The notes: a model not told the origin generated them from the letters alone. 34,139 nt of DNA from Octopus bimaculoides (GCF_001194135.2 NC_068998.1:45862906-45897044); one strand, 5' to 3'; shown: positions 11,085-22,596, numbered from the stretch's first letter. A program made the numbers and translations.

Positions 11085-11187
11085 AAGGCGGCGAGCTGGC
11101 AGAAACGTTAGCACATCAGGCGAAATGCTTAGCGATATTTCGTCTGCCGCTACGTTCTGAGTTCAAAATTCCACCGAGGTCGACCTT
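11085..11187 (+). mobile_element. SINE family A, 5' half
   Basis: aaggcggcgagctggcagaaacgttagc...gagttcaaaattccaccgaggtcgac. Confidence 0.88.
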
Positions 11188-11585
11188 CCCATGGTCCAAA
11201 CATTATTCCCTGATGGTGAGTGCAGCTTCCAAGATGATGATGCTCCAATACACACCTCTCATGTGGTTAAGAATTGGTATGAAGAGCATAGTAGTGAGCT
11301 ATGACACATGGAGTTGTCCCTTCAATCTCCAGATCTTAATATTATTGAGCATTTGTGGTGCATCTTGGAGCGACAAGTTAGAAGACGTTACCCTCCACCG
11401 TTGTGTCTGTAACAACTAGTGCAGGTTTTGCGAGAGGAATGTCTCAAGATTCCTCTCAATGAAGTCAAGAAGCTGTAGGAATCAGTTTCTAGACGCTGTT
11501 GAGAAAGCTTAAGGAGGACCAACTCCATATTAAATTAATATTCACTGAATTTAAAACGTGTTCCAATTATTTGGTCCAACCCCTG
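11188..11585 (+). mobile_element. Tc1-family transposon 3' fragment with DD36E spacing and right TIR
   Basis: FQDDDAPIHTSHVVKNWYEEHSSEL*HMELSLQSPDLNIIEHLWCILERQVR...GGPTPY*; D at 11236 to E at 11347 gives 36 intervening codons; TIR-like end ttccaattatttggtccaacccctg. Confidence 0.88.
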
Positions 11586-11592
11586 CATGCAG

Positions 11593-11870
11593 GTATATCG
11601 ACCGCTGCACACAAACACACACGGGTACACCCGTGCGCATGCGCTAGCACACATACGCACAGACATACACATACATATACGCACAAACACATCCACACAC
11701 ATACTTACAGCCACATGTGCACACACGCAGATTCAGACACAAACGTATATATATATATATATGTACGTATACCGACCGCTGCACGCACACACACACAAGT
11801 ACACCCGTGCGCATGCGCGCACACAACATACGCACATATGCACACACATATACAAACGCACACACACAAT
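11593..11870. repeat. local tandem duplication, period about 174 bp
   Basis: gtata(t/c)cgaccgctgcac...gtacacccgtgcgcatgcgc at 11593 and 11767. Confidence 0.8.
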
Positions 11871-12059
11871 ATATATATATATTGTTGTACTTGGGGATGG
11901 TCATATTGCCAGTTTAGCCAATATATATATGTGTGTGTAGGTACCTACTCACACATATGCTTGTACATATACATGCATATATACGTATATATAAGCTTGT
12001 ACATATATATATGCATATACACGCACATACAAATATGTCCACCCTGCATGGGTGCACCG

Positions 12060-13150
12060 ATATTACTGGCATAGATCCCGCCTTTATTTTGACCTTGCGG
12101 CTTACATGTAATGGCTTTATGAGTGAGCAAACTCAGTTGGTTTCGATCGTTTTTATTTCAATCGGTGGGAATTTTCTGCAAATTGTTTCTATTCATATGT
12201 CAAAGATATTCTTTAATCCACATTATTAACTGGTTGCTATATTATTCTTATTTCCATTCAGAACAGGTTTGAACATTTTAATGAAACGTTTATTCTTTTA
12301 TCTTTCTTCCAACCTCATTTGTGTCATGTAGTTTGTGGAAAAGAAAAATTACAAAGAGAGAGAGAGATAAGTTATATTAAATTTCTGGGGCTAAAAACAA
12401 CAGTAACACCGTCCTCTATAGGACCGCCACATTTAGTTGGCAAATATATTTTTTAAAATTAAAAACATTTTCTGACCACTTGTTTCTGTATGTCGGCTCA
12501 ATGGACTTTGCCGAACATTAATGTTCCGGATTTGTTGTCTGTGAACTCGTGCGCGTTCCGATAATGCATACCCTCCCTCGCCAAAGAATAGTTCCTCGCA
12601 GTTAGGGCATTTAATGCAGTATATCAAATTTCTGCTTTTGCAGTTCATATCTGCATTTGCAAAAATCTGTCCATTTTTTGTTCTAATGGATCTACCAGTA
12701 TGCATGTATTGACACGTCCCACGTCTGTTATCATTATACTTGGATACTGTGAATATCTTATCCTGTTTGTTCAGGTTGAATTTTGCCTTTGTTAACAGTT
12801 TTTTTAGGTTATGTGGTTACCTTTTGCTTAAGATAAGTGTTTGAGTAGTTATGTTTTCGCTTTGTTTCATGATTGGCAAATTTCTTTTGATGATGTTAAA
12901 AATGTTTTGGTGAAGCAGTCTGTGTGTTACTAGAAATGGTATTGTGTTCCGTTGATGGGTTCGTCTTTCTTGCATTGGTCTAGGTTGTTCTATAGGTATC
13001 TTTTTTGCTCGTTGTATGCTATTTTCTATAAGCAGGAGAGGATATTTTTGCTTGCGCAGAAATCCTGGTATTTAGATCATCTACTATGGGACAAATTTTC
13101 CTGGCTATATTATTCATATATATTATTCTATACACATTTACACAAATTCG
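12060..13150 (-). mobile_element. decayed Penelope-like retroelement (RT C-terminus, Cys linker, GIY-YIG endonuclease, 3' end)
   Basis: IARKICPIV, IQRAKKIPIEQ, IPFLVTH..NIFNIIKRNLP, SKR*PHNLKKLLTKAKF, NCKSRNLIYCIKCPNCEELFFGE..LSERARVHRQQI, RFIKMFKPVLN; stops and frameshifts; 3' boundary approximate. Confidence 0.88.
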
Positions 13151-13777
13151 GGGGGGGGATATATAATACACACACATATGTATATATATATATATATATA
13201 TATATNNNNNNNNNNNNNNNNNNNNNNNNNNNNNNNNNNNNNNNNNNNNNNNNNNNNNNNNNNNNNNNNNNNNNNNNNNNNNNNNNNNNNNNNNNNNNNN
13301 NNNNNNNNNNNNNNNNNNNNNNNNNNNNNNNNNNNNNNNNNNNNNNNNNNNNNNNNNNNNNNNNNNNNNNNNNNNNNNNNNNNNNNNNNNNNNNNNNNNN
13401 NNNNNNNNNNNNNNNNNNNNNNNNNNNNNNNNNNNNNNNNNNNNNNNNNNNNNNNNNNNNNNNNNNNNNNNNNNNNNNNNNNNNNNNNNNNNNNNNNNNN
13501 NNNNNNNNNNNNNNNNNNNNNNNNNNNNNNNNNNNNNNNNNNNNNNNNNNNNNNNNNNNNNNNNNNNNNNNNNNNNNNNNNNNNNNNNNNNNNNNNNNNN
13601 NNNNNNNNNNNNNNNNNNNNNNNNNNNNNNNNNNNNNNNNNNNNNNNNNNNNNNNNNNNNNNNNNNNNNNNNNNNNNNNNNNNNNNNNNNNNNNNNNNNN
13701 NNNNNNNNNNNNNNNNNNNNNNNNNNNNNNNNNNNNNNNNNNNNNNNNNNNNNNNNNNNNNNNNNNNNNNNNNNNNN

Positions 13778-13810
13778 AAGGGGCAACACCCTGAAACTAG
13801 TCTGTAGATG
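13778..13810 (+). ncRNA. candidate minimal type-I hammerhead ribozyme, 5' core hidden in the N gap
   Basis: A-[AGGG-gcaaca-CCCT]-GAAA-CTAG-TC: stem II, GAAA, palindromic tetraloop on a 1-bp stem III, UC cleavage site after 13802; CUGANG and the 5' strand of stem I are not visible. Confidence 0.6.
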
Positions 13811-14060
13811 CCAGACCAGCAAGGTGAAGCGGCTGGCCTCCTCTGTTCGAAGGTTAGAATGGACACAGGTTCGTGTGTCACATAGCTAGCTAGAGGTGAT
13901 GGCCTCTTGGAGCTAATCAACGGTAGCATTCGTCCTATTTTTTGGACTGCCATATTGGCTTGGCGATAACTATTAATATCCAGTACCGCTGCCGTAGTCC
14001 CCTTTAGAGAGACTTAGAAATATTAATATTTCTATATATATACTTATATATACATATATA

Positions 14061-14213
14061 CGACGGGCTTCTTTCAGTTTCCGTCTACCAAATACACTCA
14101 CAAAGGTCGGCTCGAGGCTACAGCGGAAGACACTTGCCCAAGGTGCCACGCGGTGGGACTGAACCCGGAGCTATGTGGCTGGAAGGCAAGCTTCTTACCA
14201 CACAGTCATGCCT
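14061..14213 (-). mobile_element. SINE family B, 5' half
   Basis: cgacgggcttctttcagtttccgtctacc...cttgcccaaggtgccacgcggtgggactgaaccc...cttaccacacag; ends at the internal (TA) run. Confidence 0.9.
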
Positions 14214-14522
14214 ATATGTATATAAACAATGAACTTGTGTTGCATTATCTATTAGTCATATTATATACACCTGTGCGCATATTATTGCATCAGCTTTACA
14301 TTATAACTTGTATAACTACTTGAACAATGAATTTGTTTGCATATATACACATACATACATTTGTACACATACAAAGACACAGGACACACACACACACACA
14401 CAAATGTTTTGTTGAAGTAACTTGAAATGACTTTCAAATACTGAAAAGGAAGTAGAGCTTTGTTGTTTAGTGACCTATATGCTATGCTTACAATTACATA
14501 TATATACATACATTTATATAAA

Positions 14523-14747
14523 CGAGGGGGTGGTAAAAGGTTTTTGACTTTTACGGTTTCGCGAAAGACATGGCTGGAGGCCCAACCCTCCGAGTTTTTT
14601 TTTTTACAGGGCTTAGAAAAACTGAAGGACCACTGCAATAAGTGTGTGAATCTGAGAGGGGAATATGTCGAATAAAATCATAATTAACTAATTGATCCTC
14701 CTGTATTTTGTTTTACACAAAGCCAGGAACATTTCAGCACCCCCATG
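14523..14747 (+). mobile_element. mariner-derived MITE, copy 1
   Basis: imperfect TIRs CGAGGGGGTGGTAAAAGG / CCAGGAACATTTCAGCACCCCCATG-TA; keeps the transposase C-terminus GLEKLKDHCNKCVNLRGEYVE*; aligns end to end with the reverse complement of 20001-20216. Confidence 0.85.
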
Positions 14748-14753
14748 TATGTA

Positions 14754-14784
<31 letters not shown>

Positions 14785-14902
14785 ATGCAGATTGATAGAT
14801 AGATATCCACACACACACATATATACACAAAACACAATCACACATGCACACGTGTACACATATATACCTGCATATATACAGCACACAAACATACATCACC
14901 CC

Positions 14903-14972
14903 GGCCACTATCTGGCATATACAGGTGCTTGCAATTATCGAGTATTACCTCTAGCATTTACTTTACCTACAT
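14903..14972. repeat. unclassified dispersed repeat (family F), copy 2
   Basis: aligns with 3225-3295. Confidence 0.7.
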
Positions 14973-16040
14973 ATATATATATATATATATANNNNNNNNN
15001 NNNNNNNNNNNNNNNNNNNNNNNNNNNNNNNNNNNNNNNNNNNNNNNNNNNNNNNNNNNNNNNNNNNNNNNNNNNNNNNNNNNNNNNNNNNNNNNNNNNN
15101 NNNNNNNNNNNNNNNNNNNNNNNNNNNNNNNNNNNNNNNNNNNNNNNNNNNNNNNNNNNNNNNNNNNNNNNNNNNNNNNNNNNNNNNNNNNNNNNNNNNN
15201 NNNNNNNNNNNNNNNNNNNNNNNNNNNNNNNNNNNNNNNNNNNNNNNNNNNNNNNNNNNNNNNNNNNNNNNNNNNNNNNNNNNNNNNNNNNNNNNNNNNN
15301 NNNNNNNNNNNNNNNNNNNNNNNNNNNNNNNNNNNNNNNNNNNNNNNNNNNNNNNNNNNNNNNNNNNNNNNNNCAATTTTAATATCAAAGATCCCTATGG
15401 AGCACACAGGTTGTAATCCTTTGAAATATATGTAGGAATAAAGTATGCAATTATAACATGCGTTTTCTCCAATCCTTAAATTCTTAAATATACTCAAATA
15501 CCCAAAATTTCAAGGAGTTCCTGCCTTAAAAACAGGAGCTAACCAGTTATTTTGTGTTCTTTGCTACATTGGTTTCTATTAACCCATTTATTCTATCAGA
15601 AGAATTTTTATTCATTAAGATAGAAGAAATACACATAATTATATGTATATATATATATATATATATACATGTACATGTGGGAGGGGGGGGGCGCTCGCGT
15701 GCATGTACACATGTACATACAAACATAAAGCGACAGGCACTTAATTTAGAAGTAACCATTAAACGCTGCAGCAGCCAAATCCGTACCGTTTAATATACTG
15801 TAATGTTGATTCTGGCATTTAAGAATTGCAGACTTTCTTGTTAAGGTTGTTCCTTCATCAGCGGCAATCAAAACGGCTATCGTAAGAGAATTTACCTGTT
15901 ATGTACAGAAAACTTTGAGGGAACACCATAAATCGATGAAGAAACTTAAGATGAGAGAAGTCTTTAACGGTCGTTATCGGTTGCGAAGGAACTTTAAAGA
16001 AGGTCCTTGTAACAGTAATTAAAACTTAAGACTAATTTAA

Positions 16041-16280
16041 TGGTTGAGAAGCTTCGTTCACAACTATGGAACCTTGGTTTCAGTTCCACGTGTTGCACCT
16101 TGGTTAAATGTTCTATGATATAGCCCCGGGCCAACCGAAGTCTTGTTAGTGAATTTAGTTCATGGAGACTGAAAGCCCGTCGTGTGTGTGTGTACCTTTG
16201 TGCTTGTGTTTGTCCCACTAAAGGCGGTGCTCCAGCATGGCCACAGTCAAATAACTGAAACAAGTAAAAGAGAGTAAAGA
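16041..16280 (+). mobile_element. SINE family B, diverged, internal deletion
   Basis: head and body, short (GT)n, then a jump gtcccac|taaaggcggtgctccagcatggcc to the tail. Confidence 0.8.
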
Positions 16281-16742
16281 GATGCACAAAACGCCGTTGT
16301 CGGCAAGCATAGAAAGGACAGCAGAATAAATTTAGCGACTTTTTAATGCCATGTTAAAGACAATTGAACCTCTTAGCCTAACTTGACAATGGTTCCTTTT
16401 TGACGCTTTCGTATTCTTACTAACATTAACACATTAAGGGCTAAAATGTGAACTAAGAGATATCAGATTTAGCGGCGTGGGTAGTGGGGTGGGGTCCAGG
16501 TCATGGAAAATTCGAGAACTTGTCGAACTGGATTTAAAATATATCACTTTCTTAGTTAAACGCGTTCAAATAAACTAAATACTTTGTTTAAAATAGTCAG
16601 CAAAATCCAGGTAATCAACAAAATGTTATCAGGTTTGTGTTCATATAATATATGGAAATATATTCAAGAAAAAGCAGGTACAGACAGTCAGTTGTAAAAA
16701 CCGTGACACTAAATTACAGGAGCTGATGTTTTTGAACCATCC

Positions 16743-16906
16743 TGGCTGTGTGGTAAGTAGCTTGCTTACCAACCACATGGTTCCGGGTTCAGTCCCACTG
16801 CGTGGCATCTTGAGCAAGTGTCTTTCAACTATAGTCTCGGGTCGACCAAAGCCTTGTGAGTGGATTTGGTAGACGGAAACTGAAAGAAGCCCGTCGTATA
16901 TATGTA

Positions 16907-16963
<57 letters not shown>

Positions 16964-17047
16964 ATGTGTTTGTGTGTCTGTGTTTGTCCCCCTAGCATTG
17001 CTTGACAACCGATGCTGGTGTGTTTATGTCCCCGTCACTTAGCGGTT
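16743..17047 (+). mobile_element. SINE family B, well conserved, runs into an N gap
   Basis: A-box-like TGGCTGTGTGG, B-box-like GGTTCAGTCCC, then CTTGAGCAAGTG, internal TA/TG microsatellite and 3' body. Confidence 0.92.
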
Positions 17048-18170
17048 NNNNNNNNNNNNNNNNNNNNNNNNNNNNNNNNNNNNNNNNNNNNNNNNNNNNN
17101 NNNNNNNNNNNNNNNNNNNNNNNNNNNNNNNNNNNNNNNNNNNNNNNNNNNNNNNNNNNNNNNNNNNNNNNNNNNNNNNNNNNNNNNNNNNNNNNNNNNN
17201 NNNNNNNNNNNNNNNNNNNNNNNNNNNNNNNNNNNNNNNNNNNNNNNNNNNNNNNNNNNNNNNNNNNNNNNNNNNNNNNNNNNNNNNNNNNNNNNNNNNN
17301 NNNNNNNNNNNNNNNNNNNNNNNNNNNNNNNNNNNNNNNNNNNNNNNNNNNNNNNNNNNNNNNNNNNNNNNNNNNNNNNNNNNNNNNNNNNNNNNNNNNN
17401 NNNNNNNNNNNNNNNNNNNNNNNNNNNNNNNNNNNNNNNNNNNNNNNNNNNNNNNNNNNNNNNNNNNNNNNNNNNNNNNNNNNNNNNNNNNNNNNNNNNN
17501 NNNNNNNNNNNNNNNNNNNNNNNNNNNNNNNNNNNNNNNNNNNNNNNNNNNNNNNNNNNNNNNNNNNNNNNNNNNNNNNNNNNNNNNNNNNNNNNNNNNN
17601 NNNNNNNNNNNNNNNNNNNNNNNNNNNNNNNNNNNNNNNNNNNNNNNNNNNNNNNNNNNNNNNNNNNNNNNNNNNNNNNNNNNNNNNNNNNNNNNNNNNN
17701 NNNNNNNNNNNNNNNNNNNNNNNNNNNNNNNNNNNNNNNNNNNNNNNNNNNNNNNNNNNNNNNNNNNNNNNNNNNNNNNNNNNNNNNNNNNNNNNNNNNN
17801 NNNNNNNNNNNNNNNNNNNNNNNNNNNNNNNNNNNNNNNNNNNNNNNNNNNNNNNNNNNNNNNNNNNNNNNNNNNNNNNNNNNNNNNNNNNNNNNNNNNN
17901 NNNNNNNNNNNNNNNNNNNNNNNNNNNNNNNNNNNNNNNNNATATATATATATATATACACACACGCACATGTGCGTGTATGTGTCCTACTTGAGATATG
18001 TATATATTAATACAAGCCCTGGCATTGAAGAGGTTGGCTGTTCGGTGGCATGGATGGCAGATAACAGGAGGTAATCGTTGAGTACAGGGTTCACTGAAGG
18101 CACTCCACTCGGTTATCAACGACACACAGTGGGTTTTGTGTGGTTTGCGATAACCTTATCTGACTTCATA

Positions 18171-18530
18171 ACTACAATAACTACTACTACTACTACCACC
18201 ACCACCACCACCACCACCACCACCACTACTACTACTAGTAATAATAATAATAATAATAACACTGTAACACCACCACCACACCAACAACTTTTGCAACTAC
18301 AACGACTGCTACAATTATTAGTACTACTACGACGGCTACTACTGCAACTACTACTACTATTATTACTACCACCACAGCAACAATAACTACTACTATTACT
18401 ACTAATCCTACTACTACTATTACTACTAATACTACTATTGCTGCTACTACTACTACAACTGTAACAAAAAAGTACCTGCAACTACTACAGCATAAACAAC
18501 ACCTGTAAGCACTACAACTGCAGCATTAAC
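18171..18530. repeat. compound trinucleotide microsatellite (ACT/ACC/AAT/ACA)
   Basis: directly visible; source of the poly-T/N/L/S/V ORFs. Confidence 0.92.
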
Positions 18531-18589
18531 ACCTGCAATATTTTCATCAACTACTTGCACAACTACAAAAGCAATTTGTCGGTGAAGGC

Positions 18590-18998
18590 GCTGCTACGTG
18601 ATTGCTTGACCTCCTATTAATGGCGGCCAAATTTCTTTCCAATTACGTCTTACATTGAGTGACGGGGAAGTGGGTGTTTGGAACTGGGGATAGTTTAAGG
18701 ATATAGGGGAGGGGTGGTCGGGAAAGTGGAACTTAGGTACTAGGTGCCACTTTCCCTCTTTTTTCGCCCTGAACTGAAGAGTAGGGGAACACCTTAACCC
18801 ACCCCTGAATTCCTCATCCTCCTCCCTATTCCATTTCCATCACCGGTTGAAATTTGGAATATTGATACAGTCAACAATGTTGTATAAATCAACAGGATGG
18901 CCATGGCTGAAAACGTGTGTGGTCATAGACCTGTCCTCAGTCAGAGCTAACCTAGGGTCTAAATAACAACAACAACAGCTACTACTACTACTACCACC

Positions 18999-19066
<68 letters not shown>

Positions 19067-19468
19067 AAAAGCAACATCGCGGGAGCCTCTACATGGTCGC
19101 TAAACCGGCTAGAAGTATTAATAGCAGCCAAATTTCCTTTAAATAACTAAATTTTAAAAAGACACATTAAATCAGTGGATCTCAGCCTGGATCATATGGC
19201 CCTAAGGGATCCATATGTCTTTCAGGGGTCAATGCAAGATTTTGTTGTTAAAATTTATCTGCAATAAATGTCTCATCCGGCCCTCTTCTCGAAAAAAGAT
19301 TGTTCATAGATTCTATGCAATTGTTCAACTAGCAAAAGACAGCAACTAAATCTCCCTCAATGTAGTCCAAGACATATTTAAAAAAACGTGATGGTCACGG
19401 CTGGAATGCTTTTTGATCATCGGTCTGCTGGATCATGGCTGAGCTGAGACTAAGCAACAACAGCAATG
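18590..19468 (+). repeat. cluster of repeat family E fragments (probable SINE 3' portions) at about 18590-18657, 18855-18975, 19080-19175 and 19320-19468
   Basis: shared motifs at(g/a)gc(g/a)gccaaattt and gatgg(c/t)ca(t/c)ggctg(a/g)aa...ctaa..aacaacaac with (CAA) tails. Confidence 0.6.
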
Positions 19469-19586
19469 GTTTGGTTATTTTGTTCTAGCAACACGTAGGG
19501 ACAGATATTACCATAAATGGTAAGGTGTAAAACCAACCTTTATCTTTAGGTGAAAACTACGTCAGACTGAGAGAGAGAATAAGAGA

Positions 19587-19668
19587 GAAGAATGGAGAGA
19601 GAATAGAAGAATGGAGAGAGAATAGAAGAATGGAGAGAGAATAGAAGAATGGAGAGAGAACAGAAGAA
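19587..19668. repeat. 19-bp purine minisatellite, about 4 units
   Basis: GAATAGAAGAATGGAGAGA repeated at 19601, 19620 and 19639. Confidence 0.92.
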
Positions 19669-20000
19669 GGTGAGGGGTTTGAGGGTGAGGAAGAGGCAGG
19701 CTGAATGAGAAGATAGAGAGAGGGGGCGAGAGAGAGGTAGATAGATAGATTAATAGGGATAGAGACATATTGACAAGTGATAGAGGTTCTTTGGGGTAAA
19801 TTTGACTACACTGTATATACAAGCATTACATACATACGCGCACACACACACATCCAAGCACACACACATATATATTAATGTTTGTTTTTTTGTATATGTT
19901 TAGTTATATTAAAAACAATTCTACATTATTCTGGTGGGTTACTTCTATACTTTTGTAGAGTACAGATTTATTCTTATACAAGAATGTTGGATAAGATATA

Positions 20001-20216
20001 TGAGGGTGTGCCGAAAAGTTCCTGGCTTGGGGTAAAAGAAAATACTGGATGATTAGTTAATTATGATTTTATCCAACATATTCCCCTTTCAAATTCACAC
20101 ACATATTGCAGCTGTCCTTCAAATTTCTTGAGTCCTATAAAAGAATTCGGACGCTTAAGCCTCCAACCAGGCCTTTCGCGACTCCCTTAAAACCAGGAAC
20201 TTTTCAGCACACCTCG
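20001..20216 (-). mobile_element. mariner-derived MITE, copy 2
   Basis: TIRs TGAGGGTGTGCCGAAAAGTTCCTGG / CCAGGAACTTTTCAGCACACCTCG; TA at 19999-20000 and 20217-18. Confidence 0.9.
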
Positions 20217-20224
20217 TATATCTG

Positions 20225-20255
<31 letters not shown>

Positions 20256-20557
20256 ATATATATANNNNNNNNNNNNNNNNNNNNNNNNNNNNNNNNNNNN
20301 NNNNNNNNNNNNNNNNNNNNNNNNNNNNNNNNNNNNATATATTAGAAAATTAAATAAGTAAATGAGTGTAAACTTTACCGGTGAGTGTGTTAAATAATAA
20401 GGCATTAAAAGAGAATGACTCTCCCCAGACACAACAAAATATGTTTCAACACACGAACTCACATAAAGAATTTTGCAAACCAAATCCAAAAACGAAAGAT
20501 GTGTGTATACGTAGATTTCACTGAATGCTAAAGGAAGTTCGCATAGCAACCATGTGA

Positions 20558-20620
20558 CTTCAGGTTTTGTCCCACTGTGCACCAACTTGGACTGACCAAT
20601 GACTTATGAGTGAATTTTAG
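20558..20620 (+). mobile_element. very diverged SINE B head fragment
   Basis: gcaaccatgtgacttcaggttttgtcccactgtgcacc...ttatgagtgaattttag. Confidence 0.45.
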
Positions 20621-21562
20621 CCCTTCCTGAAAAATATGCCTTCCTGGAAATCGATCCACACAGAACAACAATGAATGCCCCATGACTAAACTACCTTATC
20701 AGCAACAGTGGAGACTTCAGAAGCCCCACCGACGGAAATCTGCTTTAAAGAAAAGATTCATACAAATGACTATCTCAAACAACGAGATGCAAAAGATTCA
20801 AATAGAATTAATATTACGTTCTCATTTCGGATATATTGATTTCACTGGTATATCTAAATATACCAGCAGGGTCATTCCGGGTGTATTTTTTGTTTACAAA
20901 ACTAACTCACCATCACGTTTTCCTCTCTCGGGCTATGGAGAGGTTATGTCCCTCCGGCCATTTGAGTCTGACGAGTAGCCTATACAACTAAGCGTTTTTG
21001 GCCGTAACAATATACACTCCAAAAAGTTAATTTTAAGAAAAACATATTTCAAAGAATATTCTAGAAATATTTTACTTTCCTCTAGGGCAAAAACCTAACG
21101 AATTTACTTTTACATCAACTACAGGCGGGATATATGATTTTAATGAATTACAAATAAATAATATTATAATTTGAGAATGTTTAATTAGGTGAAACATGGA
21201 CGTATAACTATTTCAATATATAAAAATGTTAAGTCATTCGACTTCGCTTCAGTTAGATAAGGTATATGATACTTTATCTAATATATCTTTAATCAGATGA
21301 ACTATATCATAGTCAACAATTTTAATACCGGATGATGGAGAACCACTCACATTTTATATGGGCATTGATGTGGTGCGAGTTAAGTCAGACGAATAATAAT
21401 GGTAATTTCATGTAGCTAATGTTTCACAGGTTTATTTTCTAGTCGTCATTTTGGCTTGCATCCATTTACGTTCTGCATTTATCGTTGAAACATTTATTAA
21501 TAATGGTTAATGTGGGAGTTTCTTGCCGCACCTTGTTAATAATAATAACAATAATAATAATA

Positions 21563-21660
21563 AGTAACTCAACAAACTCCCTTGCAGTGTTAACGTGGAA
21601 GAACTTCAGAAAATAGTGTTGCTAGGTTCCGCACACATTATACGCTGTGTACTCTCCATG
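21563..21660 (+). mobile_element. extreme C-terminus of an R4/Dong-like RLE retrotransposon, preceded by (AAT)n
   Basis: VEELQKIVLLGSAHIIRCVLS matches the LQKxVLLGTAHILRKVL terminal motif. Confidence 0.7.
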
Positions 21661-21661
21661 A

Positions 21662-22563
21662 GATGAGAAGTGTGGAGGATAATCCTCGTTGCAAGACCTC
21701 TGACATAGCAGTGCAAGTTGATGTCAGTACCGGAACAGCTGTCAGGTATCTCCACAAACTTGGTTACTTTGGCAGAGCAGGAAGAAGGAAGCCGCATCTC
21801 TGACCAACCAATATGAAGCGGAGAAAAGATTGGGTCAGTGAGATGGTGGAGAGGCAATTAGCATTTTGGGACACTGTCATATTCTCTGATGAGTTCAGAT
21901 TTGCTGTATTTCTTAACAGTGGTCGAGTGTAGATCTGGAGACTCTGTGATCAAGAATTTGATCTGAAAAGATTGCAGCCAGCAATGAAACACAGCAGCTA
22001 TTCTGTGATGGTCTAGGGAACAATTTGGAGCAATGATTGATCAGAGCTGGTGGAGTGTGAGAGAAAGATAAACTCAAATAAATATGTGTCCATATTGCAG
22101 AAAGGACTCCTTCCAAACTTCTCCAGTGGTGAAATGATTGAAGAAGGCTCTTTATTTATGGAAGATGGGATTCCTTGTCACACGGTTAAAATGACCCAAG
22201 ATTTGTTGGAAAAGAATGGCATTAAAAAGCTTTCATATCCGAGCCAGTTACCAGATATGAACACTATAGAACACCTCTGGGGCATAATGGACAGGACACT
22301 TCATAAACAGAACAAGAAAGCATCTTCAAAGCCTGATCTTTTGAGATTATTGCATGAAACTTAGCAAGAAATTCCGCAAGAGAATATTCGTCATCTGATC
22401 AGTAACATGCCTAATAGGGCCCTTGCATTGAAAAATGCAAAGAGCATGTCTACTAAATATTAAATGTTCACATTATAACAACTAACAAATAATTTCAATG
22501 TATAATTTCAGATTTATATAAATTTTAATGATTATAAGGGTGTCTATTTACTTCTTTCATGTC

Positions 22564-22565
<2 letters not shown>
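21662..22565 (+). mobile_element. Tc1-like DD34E transposon, 5'-truncated, with in-frame stops
   Basis: YLHKLGYFGRAGRRKP, VIFSDEFRF (D 21888), FMEDGIPCH (D 22164), PDMNTIEHLWG (E 22269), all in one frame, 34 codons between D and E; TIR-like gggtgtctatttacttctttcatgtctg at about 22538-22565. Confidence 0.93.

Positions 22566-22596
<31 letters not shown>

Noticed and set aside
12137-12170. Hairpin plus GAAAC in the Penelope 3' region (minus strand)
   Set aside because: The CUGANGA half of the core is absent (TCCCACC instead); at most a relic
15824-15868. Minus-strand CTGATGA-AGG-aacaa-CCT-taacaagaaa-GTC with a possible stem I
   Set aside because: GAAA does not follow stem II (TAAC instead); the essential G12 is missing and stem I needs a bulge
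15810-16022. 70-codon stop-free plus-strand frame (FWHLRIADF...EGPCNSN)
   Set aside because: No recognisable motif or donor site; a few frames this long are expected by chance
19172-19280. CAGTGGATCTCAGCC, resembling a hAT TIR
   Set aside because: No matching second TIR or TSD found
20682-20978. 98-aa ORF in non-repetitive sequence
   Set aside because: No recognisable homology; a faint GIY-YIG C-terminal resemblance in other frames is too weak
20961-21020. CTGACGA-GTAG...CTA with flanking GAGT/ACTC
   Set aside because: No GAAA after the stem; it takes several indels to fit a hammerhead
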